From: Alphaproteobacteria bacterium | Lineage (GTDB): Bacteria; Pseudomonadota; Alphaproteobacteria; UBA828 | Length of the DNA: 64,000 bases | Direction: 5' to 3' | Assembly: GCA_965220745.1 (NCBI GenBank) | Contig: CBDCQT010000012.1 | Coordinates: 480,001 to 544,000, forward strand | Shown here: piece by piece, positions 61,857 to 64,000 of the stretch | Numbering within the stretch: the first letter of the stretch is position 1 | Layout of the letters: the number at the start of each line of letters is the position of its first letter | Notes under the pieces: model-generated | What the model was told of the DNA's origin: nothing | Database searches by the model: none | The model's input: the letters and a program-made list of their open reading frames with translations, nothing else | Translations under genes and position numbers: made by a program

Positions 61857-62807
61857 ATGGCTGAGTCGCAGGTCACACCGCTGAAGTCCCGTAGCGACCG
61901 CGAGCCCAAGCCGCGCTGGCTCCGGGTCAAGGCGCCGACCTCGCCCGAATACAACGCGACGCGGAAGCTGATGCGCACGCACCGGCTGAACACCGTGTGC
62001 GAGGAGGCGGCCTGCCCCAACATCGGCGAGTGCTGGGCCAAGGGCCACGCCACTGTGATGATCCTGGGCTCGGTCTGTACCCGTGCCTGCGCCTTCTGCA
62101 ACATCGCCACCGGTCGGCCCGACCAGCTCGACCCGCACGAGCCGGACGAGCTCGCGCAGGCGGTCGGATCGCTCGGGCTCGACCACGTGGTCATCACGTC
62201 GGTGGACCGTGACGACCTCGACGACGGCGGTGCCTTCCAGTTCGTGCGCTGTATCGAGCGCCTGCGGGAGACCGCGCCCGAGACCACCATCGAGGTGCTG
62301 ACGCCCGACTTCCGCAACAAGCCCGGCGCCATCGAGGCGGTGACGGACGCGAAGCCCGACGTCTACAACCACAACCTGGAGACCGTGCCGCGTCTCTACA
62401 CCCAGGTGCGCCCCGGTGCGCGCTACTACCACTCGCTCCGCCTGCTGGACACGGTTAAGCGCCGCGATCCCTCGATCTTCACCAAGTCCGGCGTCATGGT
62501 CGGCCTCGGCGAGGAGCGCCGCGAGATCCTCCAGGTGATGGACGATCTGCGCTCGGCCGACGTGGACTTCCTCACCATCGGCCAGTACCTGCGCCCGACC
62601 GAGCGCCATCACGAGGTGATGCGCTACGTCACGCCGGACGAGTTCGCCGAGTACGAGCGGCTGGCCTACGCCAAGGGCTTCCTGATGGTCTCGTCCTCGC
62701 CGCTCACGCGCTCCTCCTATCACGCCGGCGACGATTTTCTGACCCTGCGGGCCAACCGCGAGGCCAAGCTCGCCGCCGACGCGGCCGCGTCCCCCTCTGG
62801 CGCCTGA
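61857..62807 (+). CDS. lipA: Lipoyl synthase
   Basis: [26 protein letters not shown]. Confidence 0.97.
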   Translation: MAESQVTPLKSRSDREPKPRWLRVKAPTSPEYNATRKLMRTHRLNTVCEEAACPNIGECWAKGHATVMILGSVCTRACAFCNIATGRPDQLDPHEPDELAQAVGSLGLDHVVITSVDRDDLDDGGAFQFVRCIERLRETAPETTIEVLTPDFRNKPGAIEAVTDAKPDVYNHNLETVPRLYTQVRPGARYYHSLRLLDTVKRRDPSIFTKSGVMVGLGEERREILQVMDDLRSADVDFLTIGQYLRPTERHHEVMRYVTPDEFAEYERLAYAKGFLMVSSSPLTRSSYHAGDDFLTLRANREAKLAADAAASPSGA

Positions 62808-62817
62808 AGGCGCTCCC

Positions 62818-63282
62818 ATGCCGCAGCACGTCGAGCGCCGCTTCATGCCCTACAGCTCGGACCAGATGTTCGATCTGGTGGCCGAGGTCGAGTGCTACCC
62901 CGAGTTCCTGCCCTGGTGTCTCGGCACCCGCGTGACCAGGCGCGTGCCCGGCGAGCCCGGCATCGTGGAGGCCGACATGCTGATCGGCTTCATGATGCTC
63001 CGCGAGCGCTTCGGCTCGCGAATGCAGCTTCACCGCGACGAGTACCGGATCGAGGTGAACCACACCCACGGGCCGTTCCACCACATGGTCAACCGCTGGC
63101 GCTTCGATGAGCGCACTGACGGCTGCGAGGTCGATTTCTTCGTCGATTTCGAGTTCCGCTCCAGGCTTCTGAGGCGGGTCATGAGCGCGCTCTTCGCCGA
63201 GGCCGTGGACCGCATGGTCCGCGCCTTCGAGGTCCGCGCCCGCCAGCTCTACGGCGCGCCGGCGGTGGAAGCGACGGCCTAG
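62818..63282 (+). CDS. ratA: RatA/PasT (Coq10, START-fold) protein
   Basis: MFDLVAEVECYPEFLPWC, GPFHHMVNRWRF, AFEVRA; follows lipA. Confidence 0.85.
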   Translation: MPQHVERRFMPYSSDQMFDLVAEVECYPEFLPWCLGTRVTRRVPGEPGIVEADMLIGFMMLRERFGSRMQLHRDEYRIEVNHTHGPFHHMVNRWRFDERTDGCEVDFFVDFEFRSRLLRRVMSALFAEAVDRMVRAFEVRARQLYGAPAVEATA

Positions 63283-63409
63283 GGCGGAGGCTGGCCGCGG
63301 TGAAAAACTCAAAATTACAAAACGAACCCAATTTCGCATAACCATCTTATTTGATTGAATAATTGACGCCGAAGCCGGCTCTGGATCGGGCGGCGAGGGG
63401 AGGGCAGTC

Positions 63410-64000
63410 ATGGCGATCAAAGCACCCACCACGGACCAGATCGTCGAGGTCGGCGCGCAGCTCGGCATGAGCCTCTCGGAGGACGAGGCCGCCCAGTATC
63501 TCCAGGCGATGCAGCCCATGCTCGCGGGCTACGGCGTGGTGGATTCCATGGCGGACGAGCTGCCCGAGGTCAGATACCCGCGCGTGCCCGGCCACCGGCC
63601 CACGGGCGACGAGAACCCACACAACGGCTGGTACTGGAAGACCGCGATTAAGGGCGCGGCGGAGGGCCCGCTCGCCGGCAAGCGGGTCGGCATCAAGGAC
63701 AACGTCTGCGTCGCTGGCGTGCCGATGATGAACGGCGCCTCGGTGCTCGAAGGCTACGTGCCCGAGGTGGACGCCACCGTGGTGAGCCGCATCCTCGACG
63801 CGGGCGGCGAGATCGCGGGCAAGACCGCGTGCGAGTATCTGTGCTTCTCGGGTGCGAGCCATACCAACGCGACCGGGCTCCCCGTGCACAATCCCTGGAA
63901 GCACGGCTACACCTCCGGCGGCTCCTCGTCGGGCTCCGGCGCGGTGGTCGCGGCCGGCGACGTGGAGATGGCGATCGGCGGCGACCAGGGCGGCTCGATC
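63410..64000 (+). CDS. Amidase signature family enzyme (5' part; runs off the window)
   Basis: Manual translation from ATG 63410: IKDNVCVAGVPMMNGA, SGGSSSGS, GGDQGGSI; GGAGG RBS. Confidence 0.93.
   Translation, partial: MAIKAPTTDQIVEVGAQLGMSLSEDEAAQYLQAMQPMLAGYGVVDSMADELPEVRYPRVPGHRPTGDENPHNGWYWKTAIKGAAEGPLAGKRVGIKDNVCVAGVPMMNGASVLEGYVPEVDATVVSRILDAGGEIAGKTACEYLCFSGASHTNATGLPVHNPWKHGYTSGGSSSGSGAVVAAGDVEMAIGGDQGGSI

Noticed and set aside
62818-63282. Type II toxin-antitoxin module
   Set aside because: No antitoxin partner; RatA/PasT is a Coq10-like protein commonly found after lipA.

Overview
High-GC alphaproteobacterial chromosome segment (gene content and order suggest a Rhodospirillales-like organism; this is inference). 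The housekeeping blocks are ccmABC, accA, corC-like/aroB/aroK, xerD, a MotA/MotB-like pair, rpmE, glmU/glmS, and eno-ftsB-pdhABC-lpdA-lipA-ratA. The accessory material has five parts. (i) A complete 3,160-bp IS1595-family element (24-bp perfect terminal inverted repeats, 8-bp target duplication) carries a surface lipoprotein with a metallopeptidase-like domain and a C-terminal TbpB-like barrel, two small ORFs, and a strongly folded RNA leader downstream of a promoter whose -35 lies in the left repeat. (ii) A second, lower-GC lipoprotein has a similar barrel but a serine-hydrolase domain. (iii) A LysR-linked cluster encodes creatinase-like, deaminase, hydantoinase, BMP-type ABC and DUF1989 proteins, suggesting creatine/creatinine catabolism. 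(iv) An IS4 is inserted in the centre of a CGTC-type REP. (v) At least three intergenic repeat families are present, one a covarying multi-hairpin element whose terminal TAG coincides with the stop codon of the neighbouring ORF in all four copies. No rRNA, tRNA or CRISPR array was seen. All calls come from manual reading; no database searches or folding programs were run.
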